From NCBI GenBank assembly GCA_029863605.1, contig JAOTVB010000007.1, positions 51,080-115,079 of the forward strand: 64,000 nucleotides of DNA, in the 5' to 3' direction. Positions 9,839-19,472 of the stretch are shown here, piece after piece (the first letter of the stretch is position 1; every line of letters begins with the position of its first letter). This DNA comes from Myxococcales bacterium. GTDB taxonomy: Bacteria > Myxococcota_A > Polyangia > Polyangiales > Houyiibacteriaceae. A program made the position numbers and the translations under genes. Below the pieces are notes generated by a model, which worked only from the letters and a program-made list of their open reading frames with translations, was not told the DNA's origin and did not search any database.

Positions 9839-10614
9839 AGCTTCGGTGGCGGGTGCAATCCTGCGGTCGTCACTGGCTTCTGCGATCGGCGCTTGATCGC
9901 GGGCGTATCGAACGATGCCCCAAGCATCACGGTGTGGTTGATGAGGTTCGTGCCCGCGGGGTCTAACCATTGCATTTGATAGCCTACCGAGACCTGAGTC
10001 CAGGGTCCGAACCGTCGGCTGAAGCCGCCATACAAGCGGTTCTCGTGGTACCCCTTGTCACCAACGACGGGGACTTCGTTGAAGTTGACGAAGAACTCGT
10101 TCTTCACGATGAAATCGATTCCGGCAACCAAGGGAACTGCCATCCCCAACAGAAATCGCCCTCGAACCGACACCGAGCTCAAATCGCTGAAGAAGCGTTG
10201 CTCGAGGCGAAACCGGGAGTCCAAGCGAAAATGCTCCCATGCATGACGATGCGAGAGCTGCTCCCAGATTCGGTGCTCCGACCGTGAACGCGGCTGAAAG
10301 AAGATCAGCGCGTCGTACCCAAGGCCGACACTGAAGCCGTGCGGAATCGCTACTTCGAACCAGGGTCGCACCAGAAGAATCCGAAAGTTCGTAACGTTGT
10401 TGATGAACCTCGGCTCGGTGAGCAACCGGAAGGCATATCGATCTGCAAAGGGCACCCGAACAGCCGTCGTTATCCATACTGCGGGGCCCTGCTCAGTTGC
10501 CTCGGCCGCATTCGGAAGCGTCATTGTGCAAACGAAGGTAGCGACCAACAACGATAGCCTCGGCCGTCGCCGTCGAATGGCGTTGGAAGGCTTGCGTGCC
10601 ACGGGTACCTTCAC
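9835..10614 (-). CDS. DUF2490-family outer-membrane beta-barrel protein
   Basis: Signal peptide; EHRIWEQ, RFRLEQRF, NEFF and ENRLYGG amphipathic strands; GTGA overlap with the mscS stop. Confidence 0.8.
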   Translation of the reverse strand: MKVPVARKPSNAIRRRRPRLSLLVATFVCTMTLPNAAEATEQGPAVWITTAVRVPFADRYAFRLLTEPRFINNVTNFRILLVRPWFEVAIPHGFSVGLGYDALIFFQPRSRSEHRIWEQLSHRHAWEHFRLDSRFRLEQRFFSDLSSVSVRGRFLLGMAVPLVAGIDFIVKNEFFVNFNEVPVVGDKGYHENRLYGGFSRRFGPWTQVSVGYQMQWLDPAGTNLINHTVMLGASFDTPAIKRRSQKPVTTAGLHPPPKL

Positions 10615-11540
10615 GCCGGTAGCGGCTCTGAACCGCTGCCCGCGGCTATCGTGCGGTGAAGGATAGCTGGGGGGCCGATGTGATAGTCCTCAAACGCATG
10701 CATCACCCTGAGGTGCACGTCGGTCTCGAAAGCGTTTTCGTATTTCGTATCGAGCACGTAAGCCTTGAGTCGAAGCCGCACTGCGATGTAGTTATCCTGC
10801 ATGACTTGGCTCACCAACACGACCACGGGCTTAGGCAGATGTACATAGCGGCTGGTTAGCCCGGCTTCGGTGACGATATCGCGTGCCTTCATGACATCTT
10901 GATCGACTCCAACATAGAAGTCCATGACGACTTGCATGTCGAGGGCGCCGTAGTTTCCGCACGATGTGATGTCGGTCAGAAACCTGTTGTTGGGGATCGT
11001 CACGGTGTTGTCGCTCAACGTTTGAAGTCGCACGGAACGCAGCCCAATTGCGGTGATGTCCCCGTATTCTCCTCCGAAAGCGACCCGGTCTCCAACCTGG
11101 AAAGGTTGATCGATCATGATCATGACGCCCGCGATGAAGGAAGCGACGAGATCGCGAACGGCGAACCCGATGGCGACAGCTGCGGTGCCGCCGAGTAGAG
11201 CAAGAACTTTGTTGTCGATTCGAATGCTCAGCGCGAGGACCGCTGCAATGGTGATGATGTAAACGAAGAACTGTACGATCGTTCCGATTTTCTGAAAAAG
11301 CATCCGGCGGGTCGTAAACTGATCGCCGAGATTCTCGATGAAGTTGTTGAAGAACCGGAGCGTGATCCACACTCCGAGGATCACGAAAAGCGAGGTGACC
11401 ACGCCGCCCCAGCGAATCGATTGCTTAATATACGAAACCACTTCTTCGTCGGTCGTCGCATCCTGTGCGAGAGCCAGCGCGGGCACGAGACACTGGCCGA
11501 GTATGGCCGCGATCAGGATGAGCGTTTTTCGTGTTTTCAT
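10611..11540 (-). CDS. Small-conductance mechanosensitive channel (MscS family)
   Basis: AIGFAVRDLVASFIAG, PFQVGDRV, GLRSVRLQT and VTIPN; signal-like N-terminus. Start ATG 11540. Confidence 0.92.
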   Translation of the reverse strand: MKTRKTLILIAAILGQCLVPALALAQDATTDEEVVSYIKQSIRWGGVVTSLFVILGVWITLRFFNNFIENLGDQFTTRRMLFQKIGTIVQFFVYIITIAAVLALSIRIDNKVLALLGGTAAVAIGFAVRDLVASFIAGVMIMIDQPFQVGDRVAFGGEYGDITAIGLRSVRLQTLSDNTVTIPNNRFLTDITSCGNYGALDMQVVMDFYVGVDQDVMKARDIVTEAGLTSRYVHLPKPVVVLVSQVMQDNYIAVRLRLKAYVLDTKYENAFETDVHLRVMHAFEDYHIGPPAILHRTIAAGSGSEPLPA

Positions 11541-11550
11541 AATGGAAACC

Positions 11551-14500
11551 TCAGAGCAACAGCAGATGCTTCCTGCGGAGGATACTCGTGACCGCTCGAT
11601 ACCATTGAATGTCGATCTCGAAAAGCTGGTCTCGCTCTCGGATGTAGCCATGGACTTGGGCCGCACGCAGGGCGTCCGCTACTTCCGCCGGGCTCAGATC
11701 CGTACAGGTGACCACATCCTCTTCGACGGCGCGCTCGAGCTGAACGACCGTGCGAAGAACGAAGTAAAATGTGCTTGGAAGCTCATCGAGTTGGCCGGCC
11801 GTTGGTCCCGCAAACAGTCGCACGTGCACGGTCTCATCCGGGGGTCGGCGATACAGAGACTCTCTCCAGAAGTGGAGCGCCACCTCCGGATTGCCATTGG
11901 AGTAGTCCCAAAGAATACGGTGGAAGTCTCGCTTCGTGCGCTCTTCATCGGAAACTGGAGAAGTCTGCACTTGCCGCGGGACGACGAGCCGTTCGAAATT
12001 GGGAACGATCCCCGCAGCCGCTGTGCGCTGCTCGACGAGGGTCGCAATTTGCGTTTCTTCCCAAGGGGCGAGCTCGATCACTTGGTCGAACGCGGCGCGG
12101 TCTCCGCGGGCTCGGCGCAGGTACTGCCAGGCTGGCATGCCGATGGCGATCAACCACGAGGTCTGCGGGCTGACGAGGCGTGTGAGCTCGATGAGATGAT
12201 CGATGTCCTCCAATCCACCGATGAGCGGCCGAACGAGCCTCTGAGCATCATCTACGCAGATGACGCTCGGGGCGCGTTCGCGGAGGGTTGCGATGATCTC
12301 TTCCTCGGTCGCAGACTCGGGGAGCTCGAGCGCACGTGAAAAATCCCGCAACAGCGTCGAGAACCCTCCCGGTTGGCACTGTACGGAACAAAGGCTACCC
12401 GGCTCCAAGTCACTCGTGACGCGGTTGAGAAATGTGGTTTTTCCAAGCCCTCGTTCACCGACCACCGCGACGATCGCGTGATTGTCGGACCGAACCAGCG
12501 CACGCATCGCGTGAACCCGATCGGACATATACCCGGTCACCAGCTGGGGAGTCTCCGTTGAACGCGGGGCGAGGGCGTCATACGCTTCCGGCGGGATTGG
12601 CTCCGTGCCATATTCTGCGGGCGCTGCGGTCGTACTCTTCTCGACACCACGCCGAAACAGGTAGGCGAAAAACCGACGCAACGGCGCCAACTCGCTCATC
12701 CGGTGCACGAAAAAACCCGCTACCCCTTCGCTGAGAAGGTAGCCTCCGCCGATCGCTGCGGCGGGGTACTTCAGAAACCCTCCCTCGCGGGCGGCCACCC
12801 ACCGCAAGACTGCGGACGACTCGCGACCTTTCGCCCGTTCGAAGATCGTATCCTTCCACCAAAACACCAATACCAGAAACACTGGAATCGCCAGAAACCA
12901 GAACGTGCTGATAACCCAAGCGTAGATCGCGCCCTTGCCGACGATGGCCACGGTGAGTGACAAGATCAGCCCGACGGCGACGACGCTCACCCCGACCATC
13001 CGCAACGAGCGAAAGCGCAGCTTGGCGGAAGACTCGCTCGAGGACCCCTGACGGCTCGCGGTGGCATCGATCAACTCGACCACAAACGCACCAGCCAAGA
13101 GCCACAGAATGATTATCTCGAGATACTCGGTCGCTGCAATTCCACCTGCCCTGCCGATCAAGGCGATCAACACCGCGAAAAGCGCGAACCATTCTAGAGG
13201 CTTTCGTACTCGGCGCAGGTACCAGGCGAAAGTCGAGACTCCCCGAGTCAGTTGGGTCTGCGGCCGTTTTTGCAGCCAACTCCTTCGCATCTGTTCGAGC
13301 GTGGAGTCGGCCCTCTTTCGCCACCACTGAAAGAACACCAGTAGTAGAGCGAGCTGAAACAGGCCCGCGAAAGCCGGCCCTGGCGCCGATCGTAGCTGAT
13401 GATACTGGCGAGCCGCTTCGCGCGGTAGGGACAGCAGGTGGAAGCGAGACTCGAGGATGATTTGTTTGACCTCCCTCTTGACCTGTGCGACGCCCTCAGG
13501 CCCAAAACCCTCGACGCTGTCCCGCCGTGACTCGCTGAGCATCCTAAACAGGCGCAGGCGAGACTGGTTCATGAGGACCACGGCATCGCGAAGCCCGGCC
13601 GCGCGATCCCATCTGAGCTGAGCCTCTGCAACTTGCAGCTTGAGCCCCGCGCTCGTGAGCTCGGTTCGAAGCTCGCGGATCACGCCGTCGTCAATGTCGC
13701 CCGGAATTGGTTCCGGATCAGCCTCAGGCGGCATCGGAGCTCTGCTTGGCTCCCCCATCACGGCATCGAGGGCGAGACTCAGGTTACGTCGCGCTTCGGT
13801 GAGATCTTTGGTGAGCATTCTGTAGAGACCGTCGGCTTCATTGGCTCTCTCCGTCCTCGAAGGCAGCCCCTCTTCTAGCTCTCGCACTCGACGGTTCCAC
13901 GCGAGAGCCGATTCCATCGCGGCCTCGACCTCCGCGCGCCGACTTGCAAGCTCGGCTGCGAAACTTGCCTGAGCTTCTTTCAAGCGCAGGAGCCTCGCGC
14001 GACGGTCGGCGATGAGTCGAAGCGCTTCGGTCTGGGCGAGCTGCGAATCGACGAGCGCCTCCTCGCGTTGCTCCGCGGCTTTCTTGGCCGCGTCCTGGGC
14101 CGCCGCGATCTGCTCTACCAATGCTTGCGAAGTGGTTTCGTCACGCTCTACGTGGTCCGCAAAGAGTGAGCGACGGGCGTCCTCATCGAGCGCTAGGAAC
14201 TGACGCCACAACGAATCGCGCCGCCACCTTGCTGCGTCGAGTTGGGCGTCGAGGTCGCCTTCCCGAGCCCCGCCGCGGGCCTCTTCGACCGTATCTGGGG
14301 CCAAGAAGGACTTGCGGCGCCTCGAGCTCAACGCGAAATCTCCGAGGTCGGCGAAATCGATCTCGAGCAGTGGCCGTGGGTCTATCGACGGGTCGAGCTC
14401 TCCTTGCAGAAACGCCTCGAGCTGGTCGGCTTGCGACTGAAGCTCAATGAGCATCTCGGTCTTGACCCGTTTCGAAGCTGCCTCGACGGTCGCCTCCCGG

Positions 14501-14973
14501 CGTCGAGCAGTGTGCTTGGACAGAATCTCTTCTTGCTTTGCCGGTGGCAGCGAAAGGAACGCTGCCCTCGCCTCGATCAGCCCACGACGTGCGCGTTCGA
14601 GGGAGCTCTCGTTCTTTGGAGGGCGAGAAACGCGTTTGCGATCCGCTCGGCGGGTGGCCTGCTCGGCTCCTCGCTCCAGCTCTCGCAACAAGAGCTCGAG
14701 GTCTGGGCCCGCCTGAGAAACACTGAGGTCGACAGCGAAGAGGGTTTTCGGATCGACGGCGACATCCAGCCGTCCGTTGATCAGATCTTGGATCTGCTGG
14801 GTTTGCCGTCGTAGCTGCTCGATGGCCAGAGCCTTGGCAGTCTTGGATTCCACCGGGATCGGCGTCGTGCCCGCGTCAGCATCGCCGCCACGTGGCTGGG
14901 CGTGTGCTGGAACGGCCAAGCACCACGCCATCACGAACATCCAGATAGACTGTCGGTGTCTGGCGGCGGTCAT
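11551..14973 (-). CDS. Large membrane-anchored P-loop NTPase (signal peptide, long helical ectodomain, multi-TM, AAA/STAND-like domain)
   Basis: Signal peptide ending AHA; ~500 aa helical region; several hydrophobic helices; Walker A GERGLGKT; Walker B ICVDDAQ; SNGNP; C-terminal wHTH-like segment. Confidence 0.8.
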   Translation of the reverse strand: MTAARHRQSIWMFVMAWCLAVPAHAQPRGGDADAGTTPIPVESKTAKALAIEQLRRQTQQIQDLINGRLDVAVDPKTLFAVDLSVSQAGPDLELLLRELERGAEQATRRADRKRVSRPPKNESSLERARRGLIEARAAFLSLPPAKQEEILSKHTARRREATVEAASKRVKTEMLIELQSQADQLEAFLQGELDPSIDPRPLLEIDFADLGDFALSSRRRKSFLAPDTVEEARGGAREGDLDAQLDAARWRRDSLWRQFLALDEDARRSLFADHVERDETTSQALVEQIAAAQDAAKKAAEQREEALVDSQLAQTEALRLIADRRARLLRLKEAQASFAAELASRRAEVEAAMESALAWNRRVRELEEGLPSRTERANEADGLYRMLTKDLTEARRNLSLALDAVMGEPSRAPMPPEADPEPIPGDIDDGVIRELRTELTSAGLKLQVAEAQLRWDRAAGLRDAVVLMNQSRLRLFRMLSESRRDSVEGFGPEGVAQVKREVKQIILESRFHLLSLPREAARQYHQLRSAPGPAFAGLFQLALLLVFFQWWRKRADSTLEQMRRSWLQKRPQTQLTRGVSTFAWYLRRVRKPLEWFALFAVLIALIGRAGGIAATEYLEIIILWLLAGAFVVELIDATASRQGSSSESSAKLRFRSLRMVGVSVVAVGLILSLTVAIVGKGAIYAWVISTFWFLAIPVFLVLVFWWKDTIFERAKGRESSAVLRWVAAREGGFLKYPAAAIGGGYLLSEGVAGFFVHRMSELAPLRRFFAYLFRRGVEKSTTAAPAEYGTEPIPPEAYDALAPRSTETPQLVTGYMSDRVHAMRALVRSDNHAIVAVVGERGLGKTTFLNRVTSDLEPGSLCSVQCQPGGFSTLLRDFSRALELPESATEEEIIATLRERAPSVICVDDAQRLVRPLIGGLEDIDHLIELTRLVSPQTSWLIAIGMPAWQYLRRARGDRAAFDQVIELAPWEETQIATLVEQRTAAAGIVPNFERLVVPRQVQTSPVSDEERTKRDFHRILWDYSNGNPEVALHFWRESLYRRPPDETVHVRLFAGPTAGQLDELPSTFYFVLRTVVQLERAVEEDVVTCTDLSPAEVADALRAAQVHGYIRERDQLFEIDIQWYRAVTSILRRKHLLLL

Positions 14974-16154
14974 TCCATCCGGCGGGCAGTATACGGCCCG
15001 CTTGGCTTTCGTCGAAATAGTTCTGCGATCCGAATCCAGGTCGGACTGACGAGCAAGGTCAAGGCAATGACCGCGACCGTAGTCTGATAGGCAAAGTCCT
15101 CGATGAGCCCTGTCTGTCGGCCCACTGCGGCCAGCACAAAACTAAACTCGCCGATCTGGGCGAGCAGTGCGCCTCCGCGAAGGCTGTTGGGCCAACTCCG
15201 ACCCAAGAGTCGAAGGATGACTCCGTTGACCAGCGTGTTGGTCACCAAGACTGCAAGAAGGAGGGCAAACAGAACGGGAAAACGGTTCCAAACAAATCTC
15301 GGATCGATCATCATCCCGATGGAAACGAAAAAGACTGCCAAGAAAAAGACCTGAAACGGATACAGGGCGTCGTGGATCCACTCGGTCTCACGGGCTGCCC
15401 CGACGACGACGCCTCCTACGAACGCACCCAAAGCGACCGATAGGCCCGCAATACCCGTCAGAAACGCAAGTCCAAATGCCAACGCAAAAGCGGCCAAGAC
15501 CTGCAGCTCTCGGTCGCCGCGTAACCATTTCGCAAGCGGGATGTGAATGCTGTCCCGAGAAGCAATGAAGCCGAGCAGAACAATGACGCAGACCCCAGCA
15601 ACCAGTTGGATGCCGAGCGTCATCGGCGAGGGCGAGCTTCCTGCCAAGAACCCGATGGTCATCAGCATCGGGATGATCGCTATGTCTTGTGCAAGCAGAA
15701 TCCCAACCACATCTCGACCAACGGGCCCATTTAGCTCGCCGCGGTCGTGGAGTAGCTTGAGGACGACAGCGGTGCTGCTGAGACTAATTACGAAGCCGAG
15801 CAGAACGATGCGGCCCACCGGCCAACTCATCCACCAGCCGATGGCCGCGACGAACCCTACGCTTGCCGCGATCTGCATGAGGGTTCCAAGGACCGGGATG
15901 CGCCATTGCTTCTTGAGCTCCGGCAAGGAGAGCTCCATGCCAGCAAAAAAGAGCAAGAGCACCACGCCGACTTCGCCCAACCGCGCGATTGTGGTGGTGT
16001 CGGTGACCAGGCCGAACCCACGCGGTCCTAGCAAGACACCCGTAATGAGGTATGCCACCAAAGACGGCTGCTTGAATCGCTGCAAGAGGATGCTTGCGAT
16101 CAACACGAAGAACGCGACCCCGACGAGCTGGGGCATCAATGGGTCCATATGCAT
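14970..16154 (-). CDS. Cation:proton antiporter, CPA2 (KefB/YbaL-like), without KTN domain
   Basis: GVVLLLFFAGMEL, SLSSTAVV, LLAQD, ALGAFVGG, FFVSIG and QIGEFSFV. The stop overlaps the NTPase ATG. Confidence 0.92.
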   Translation of the reverse strand: MHMDPLMPQLVGVAFFVLIASILLQRFKQPSLVAYLITGVLLGPRGFGLVTDTTTIARLGEVGVVLLLFFAGMELSLPELKKQWRIPVLGTLMQIAASVGFVAAIGWWMSWPVGRIVLLGFVISLSSTAVVLKLLHDRGELNGPVGRDVVGILLAQDIAIIPMLMTIGFLAGSSPSPMTLGIQLVAGVCVIVLLGFIASRDSIHIPLAKWLRGDRELQVLAAFALAFGLAFLTGIAGLSVALGAFVGGVVVGAARETEWIHDALYPFQVFFLAVFFVSIGMMIDPRFVWNRFPVLFALLLAVLVTNTLVNGVILRLLGRSWPNSLRGGALLAQIGEFSFVLAAVGRQTGLIEDFAYQTTVAVIALTLLVSPTWIRIAELFRRKPSGPYTARRME

Positions 16155-16190
16155 GGAGCGGTGCGTCCTATATACTCCAGTGCCCTTCGG

Positions 16191-17306
16191 ATGAAACGAT
16201 TCACGACAAAGAAGCTGTGCAGGATCGGCTCCGCGTTGGGGGCGGCTCTCCTTTTGCGGGCAGGCGCGGCCTACTCCCAAGAGGGTGGCAAAGTAGAGGA
16301 GTTGGCTGCGGCCATCGAGAATACGGGCGATAGGATCGAAGTCGTCGAAAGCAAGCTCAACCAGCTCGGAGATCGCGCGCTGGAGCTGCTGCCATTGCTT
16401 GGAGTGGCGCTGGTCACGGTCGCCTTTTTTTGGATCCTTGCGCGCCTCCTGACCAAAGGAGATTGGCTGTTTCGTTGGATCGACAACCGGTTCCTTCGCG
16501 ACATGGTGCGCCAGCTCACCCGTGTCGTCTTGATCGGAACCGGCTTGCTGATCGCACTCGAGCTTCTCGATGCGACAGCCCTCGTAGGGGCTGCCCTAGG
16601 AGCAGCGGGCGTCGTCGGTGTCGCCGTCGGCTTCGCCTTTCGCGATATCATGGAGAACTATCTCGCAGGTCTGCTGCTCAGCATGAGACATCCCTTCGAG
16701 CCCAACGATCTCGTCTCGATCGACGGGGACGAGGGCAAGGTGATTCGATTGACGTCCCGGGCAACTCTACTTCTCACGCTTGCGGGGAACCATCTGCGCA
16801 TCCCCAACGCGAAAGTTTTCAAGGCGGTGCTTCTCAACTACACCCGAAATCCACTTCGACGGCTCGACTTCGCGGTGAGTATTGGAGTCAACGAAGACGT
16901 AGCGACCGCGCAAAAGCTTGGGGTTGACGTGCTGTCGTCCATGGAAGCGATCATCGACGACCCGCCCCCGCTCGCCCTGATCGAGCGTTTGGGAGATTCC
17001 AGCGTGCCGATTCGTTTCTTCGCCTGGGTCGATCAACGACAAACCGACTTCTTGAAGGCGCAAAGCGAAGCGATCCGATTCGTAAAAATGGCCTTTGACG
17101 AGGCCAAGATCGAAATGCCGGAGCCGATCTACCGTGTATTCATGAGGAGCGACGCGGAGAGCCCGGCACAAGACGTGATCCGTCCGTCAGCCGAGAGTCT
17201 CGAGCCGGGAGACACCAGTGCCGATGCACGTCTCGACGCACAGGTCGAGTCCGAGCGTGCGGCCGAGGGCCCGGACCTCCTCGACGAAGAAGCCCCCCAA
17301 GAGTGA
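16191..17306 (+). CDS. MscS-family mechanosensitive channel
   Basis: AVGFAFRDIMENYLAG, PFEPND, RIPN and NYTRNPLRRLDF; N-terminal signal peptide. Confidence 0.9.
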   Translation: MKRFTTKKLCRIGSALGAALLLRAGAAYSQEGGKVEELAAAIENTGDRIEVVESKLNQLGDRALELLPLLGVALVTVAFFWILARLLTKGDWLFRWIDNRFLRDMVRQLTRVVLIGTGLLIALELLDATALVGAALGAAGVVGVAVGFAFRDIMENYLAGLLLSMRHPFEPNDLVSIDGDEGKVIRLTSRATLLLTLAGNHLRIPNAKVFKAVLLNYTRNPLRRLDFAVSIGVNEDVATAQKLGVDVLSSMEAIIDDPPPLALIERLGDSSVPIRFFAWVDQRQTDFLKAQSEAIRFVKMAFDEAKIEMPEPIYRVFMRSDAESPAQDVIRPSAESLEPGDTSADARLDAQVESERAAEGPDLLDEEAPQE

Positions 17307-17396
17307 GCCTCGCCCGCTCACCTAGCCGCACGACGATCTTGACAACGCGAGCTTGGCTGCGGCAGATGGGGATGCGGCCCCAAAGGAGGCTTCCCC

Positions 17397-18509
17397 ATAG
17401 CCAAGAAGGCACAGCGAAGGCGAAAGCGCGCGGCTCTGCGAAAGCGGAGACCCCAGACGCTCGGGCTGCCTCCCGGAACCATCATCGCCGTCCCCGGTCA
17501 GCCGCCTCCGGTCATTCGTGTCATCACTTATGACGCGGATCGCGTCGATGAGCATTCGGTGGACCACGTTTCGGAGCTGGAATTACTTCGTGACGACAGT
17601 GCCAAGGTCACTTGGGTCAATATCGACGGCCACGGCGACCGAGAGACTTTTTCGCAAATGGGTGAGCTTTTCGGCCTGCATGCACTCGCGTTGGAAGACG
17701 TGATGAACCTTCACCAAAGGCCGAAATTCGAGGACTACGGCGAGACCGACTTCGTCGTGCTGCGCATGCCGTCCATGACTCCGCATCTCGACCTGGAGCA
17801 AGTAAGCATGTTCGTCGGCGAGAGCTTCCTGATCACCATCCAAGAAAGGCCGGGCGATTGCTTCGATGCATTGCGCGATCGAATAAGGAAGAACAAGGGC
17901 CAAGTTCGTCGACGTGGCAGCGCCTATCTCGCTTACTCGGTGCTCGACGCAATCGTCGAGACGTTCTACCCCGTGATCGAGCGCTACGGCGACCAGCTAG
18001 AGGAGCTCGAAACCCGAGTGCTTGCAAACGCGACCGAAAACGTCGTCCCGGAGATTCACGCGATTCGTCATGACTTGCGGATGTTGAGGCGGTCCATCGT
18101 CCCAACCCGCGAGGTCCTGAGCGCCATGGCTCGTGCAGACGCCGGGGACCCACAGGACAATACCCACATCTTCCTTCGCGACTGCCACGACCATACAGTG
18201 CAGCTGCTCGAGGCGCTCGACACGAATCGCGAGCTAGCCTCGAGTCTGATGGACCTTCACCTCTCGAACGTGAGTATGCGGATGAACGAGGTCATGAAGG
18301 TCCTGACCATCATCGCAACGATCTTCATCCCGCTTGGCTTTCTTGCTGGCCTTTACGGAATGAACTTCGACGGGCATGTTTCGGCCTGGAACATGCCGGA
18401 GCTCCGGTGGCGCTATGGATATCCGTTCGCCCTCGGCATCATGGGGCTCACGGCAATCGGGCTCGTGTTTTTCTTTCGGTCGAAAGGATGGCTTGGCAAG
18501 GGTTCTTGA
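17397..18509 (+). CDS. corA: Magnesium/cobalt transporter CorA
   Basis: WVNIDG, LHALALED, QRPK, MNEVMKVLT, YGMNF and MPELRWRYGY. The frame extends upstream of GTG 17559 through GLPPGT to an ATA preceded by AAGGAGG. Confidence 0.92.
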   Translation: MAKKAQRRRKRAALRKRRPQTLGLPPGTIIAVPGQPPPVIRVITYDADRVDEHSVDHVSELELLRDDSAKVTWVNIDGHGDRETFSQMGELFGLHALALEDVMNLHQRPKFEDYGETDFVVLRMPSMTPHLDLEQVSMFVGESFLITIQERPGDCFDALRDRIRKNKGQVRRRGSAYLAYSVLDAIVETFYPVIERYGDQLEELETRVLANATENVVPEIHAIRHDLRMLRRSIVPTREVLSAMARADAGDPQDNTHIFLRDCHDHTVQLLEALDTNRELASSLMDLHLSNVSMRMNEVMKVLTIIATIFIPLGFLAGLYGMNFDGHVSAWNMPELRWRYGYPFALGIMGLTAIGLVFFFRSKGWLGKGS

Positions 18510-18518
18510 TGGCAACCC

Positions 18519-19472
18519 CTATGGCAATCGGCTGCCAGCGTAGGGGAGACCATCGAGGTAGTCGCGGAGCTCCTGCGTTCGATGCGTCCGAGGCAACCGG
18601 ATGGTGAGCCGCACCCACGTTGCGGACGCTCGCAAGACTAGAGCCACTTTTTCGGACCACGGCACGACGACGCGGCCAACCATTGGATTGCTCTGGTGGC
18701 GGCGCCGCAGTCGACGACCGATGCCTCGGTACAACCGGCTTGCGACGAGGATTGCCCACCGGGCGCGCGACGACAAAAACCGCATCCCCTCATCGCCGCT
18801 CCGGTAGTAATGCTCCGCCATCTCGAGAAGGTCGCCTACGACCAAGCTGACCGCCTGCTGATCCGCTTTTCCTCGCACGAGATCTTCAGGGGCAACGCCG
18901 TACATGCGGAGCCGTTCGGCGGGAAGGTATACCCTCGACGCCTTGGCGTCCTCTACCACGTCGCGGGCGATGTTCGTCAATTGCATCGCGATACCGAGGT
19001 CGATCGCGTGACGCCATGCTCGGGGGTCGCGGACTCCAAGGACGCAGCACATCATCAAACCCACGGTCCCCGCGGCGCGGTAACAGTAACGCACCAAGTC
19101 TCGGTCGGACTCGAGTCGAACGACGCCCAGGTCCGACGCCATCCCCGCAAGCAGCTCTTGGACGACGCGGAAGTCGATGCCGCACTCGAGACAAAGCTCG
19201 CGAAACCAGGAAAACCTATCGGGCCAGAGCCCCCTGCCGGCCGGCTCTGCCGCGAGCGCTGCTTGAAGCTTAGAGAGGTCTTGCCGCGCGTCCGGCGTTA
19301 TCCACTCCGCATCTGCGAGGTCGTCGACCGCCCGGCAAAACGCGTACAAAGTCGCGACCCTTCGGCGTTGGGCGCGGTTCAGAAAGACCGATGCCCACCG
19401 AAACGAACGCGCTCGAACAGCCAGCACCTGCCAATGCGCAACTTGGCGTGCCTGCTCCTCCCTGGTGATCAT
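18519..19472 (-). CDS. crtB: Phytoene synthase
   Basis: LYAFCRAVDDLAD, YCYRAAGTVG, LGIAMQLTNIARDVVED and RVYLP. Confidence 0.93.
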   Translation of the reverse strand: MITREEQARQVAHWQVLAVRARSFRWASVFLNRAQRRRVATLYAFCRAVDDLADAEWITPDARQDLSKLQAALAAEPAGRGLWPDRFSWFRELCLECGIDFRVVQELLAGMASDLGVVRLESDRDLVRYCYRAAGTVGLMMCCVLGVRDPRAWRHAIDLGIAMQLTNIARDVVEDAKASRVYLPAERLRMYGVAPEDLVRGKADQQAVSLVVGDLLEMAEHYYRSGDEGMRFLSSRARWAILVASRLYRGIGRRLRRRHQSNPMVGRVVVPWSEKVALVLRASATWVRLTIRLPRTHRTQELRDYLDGLPYAGSRLP

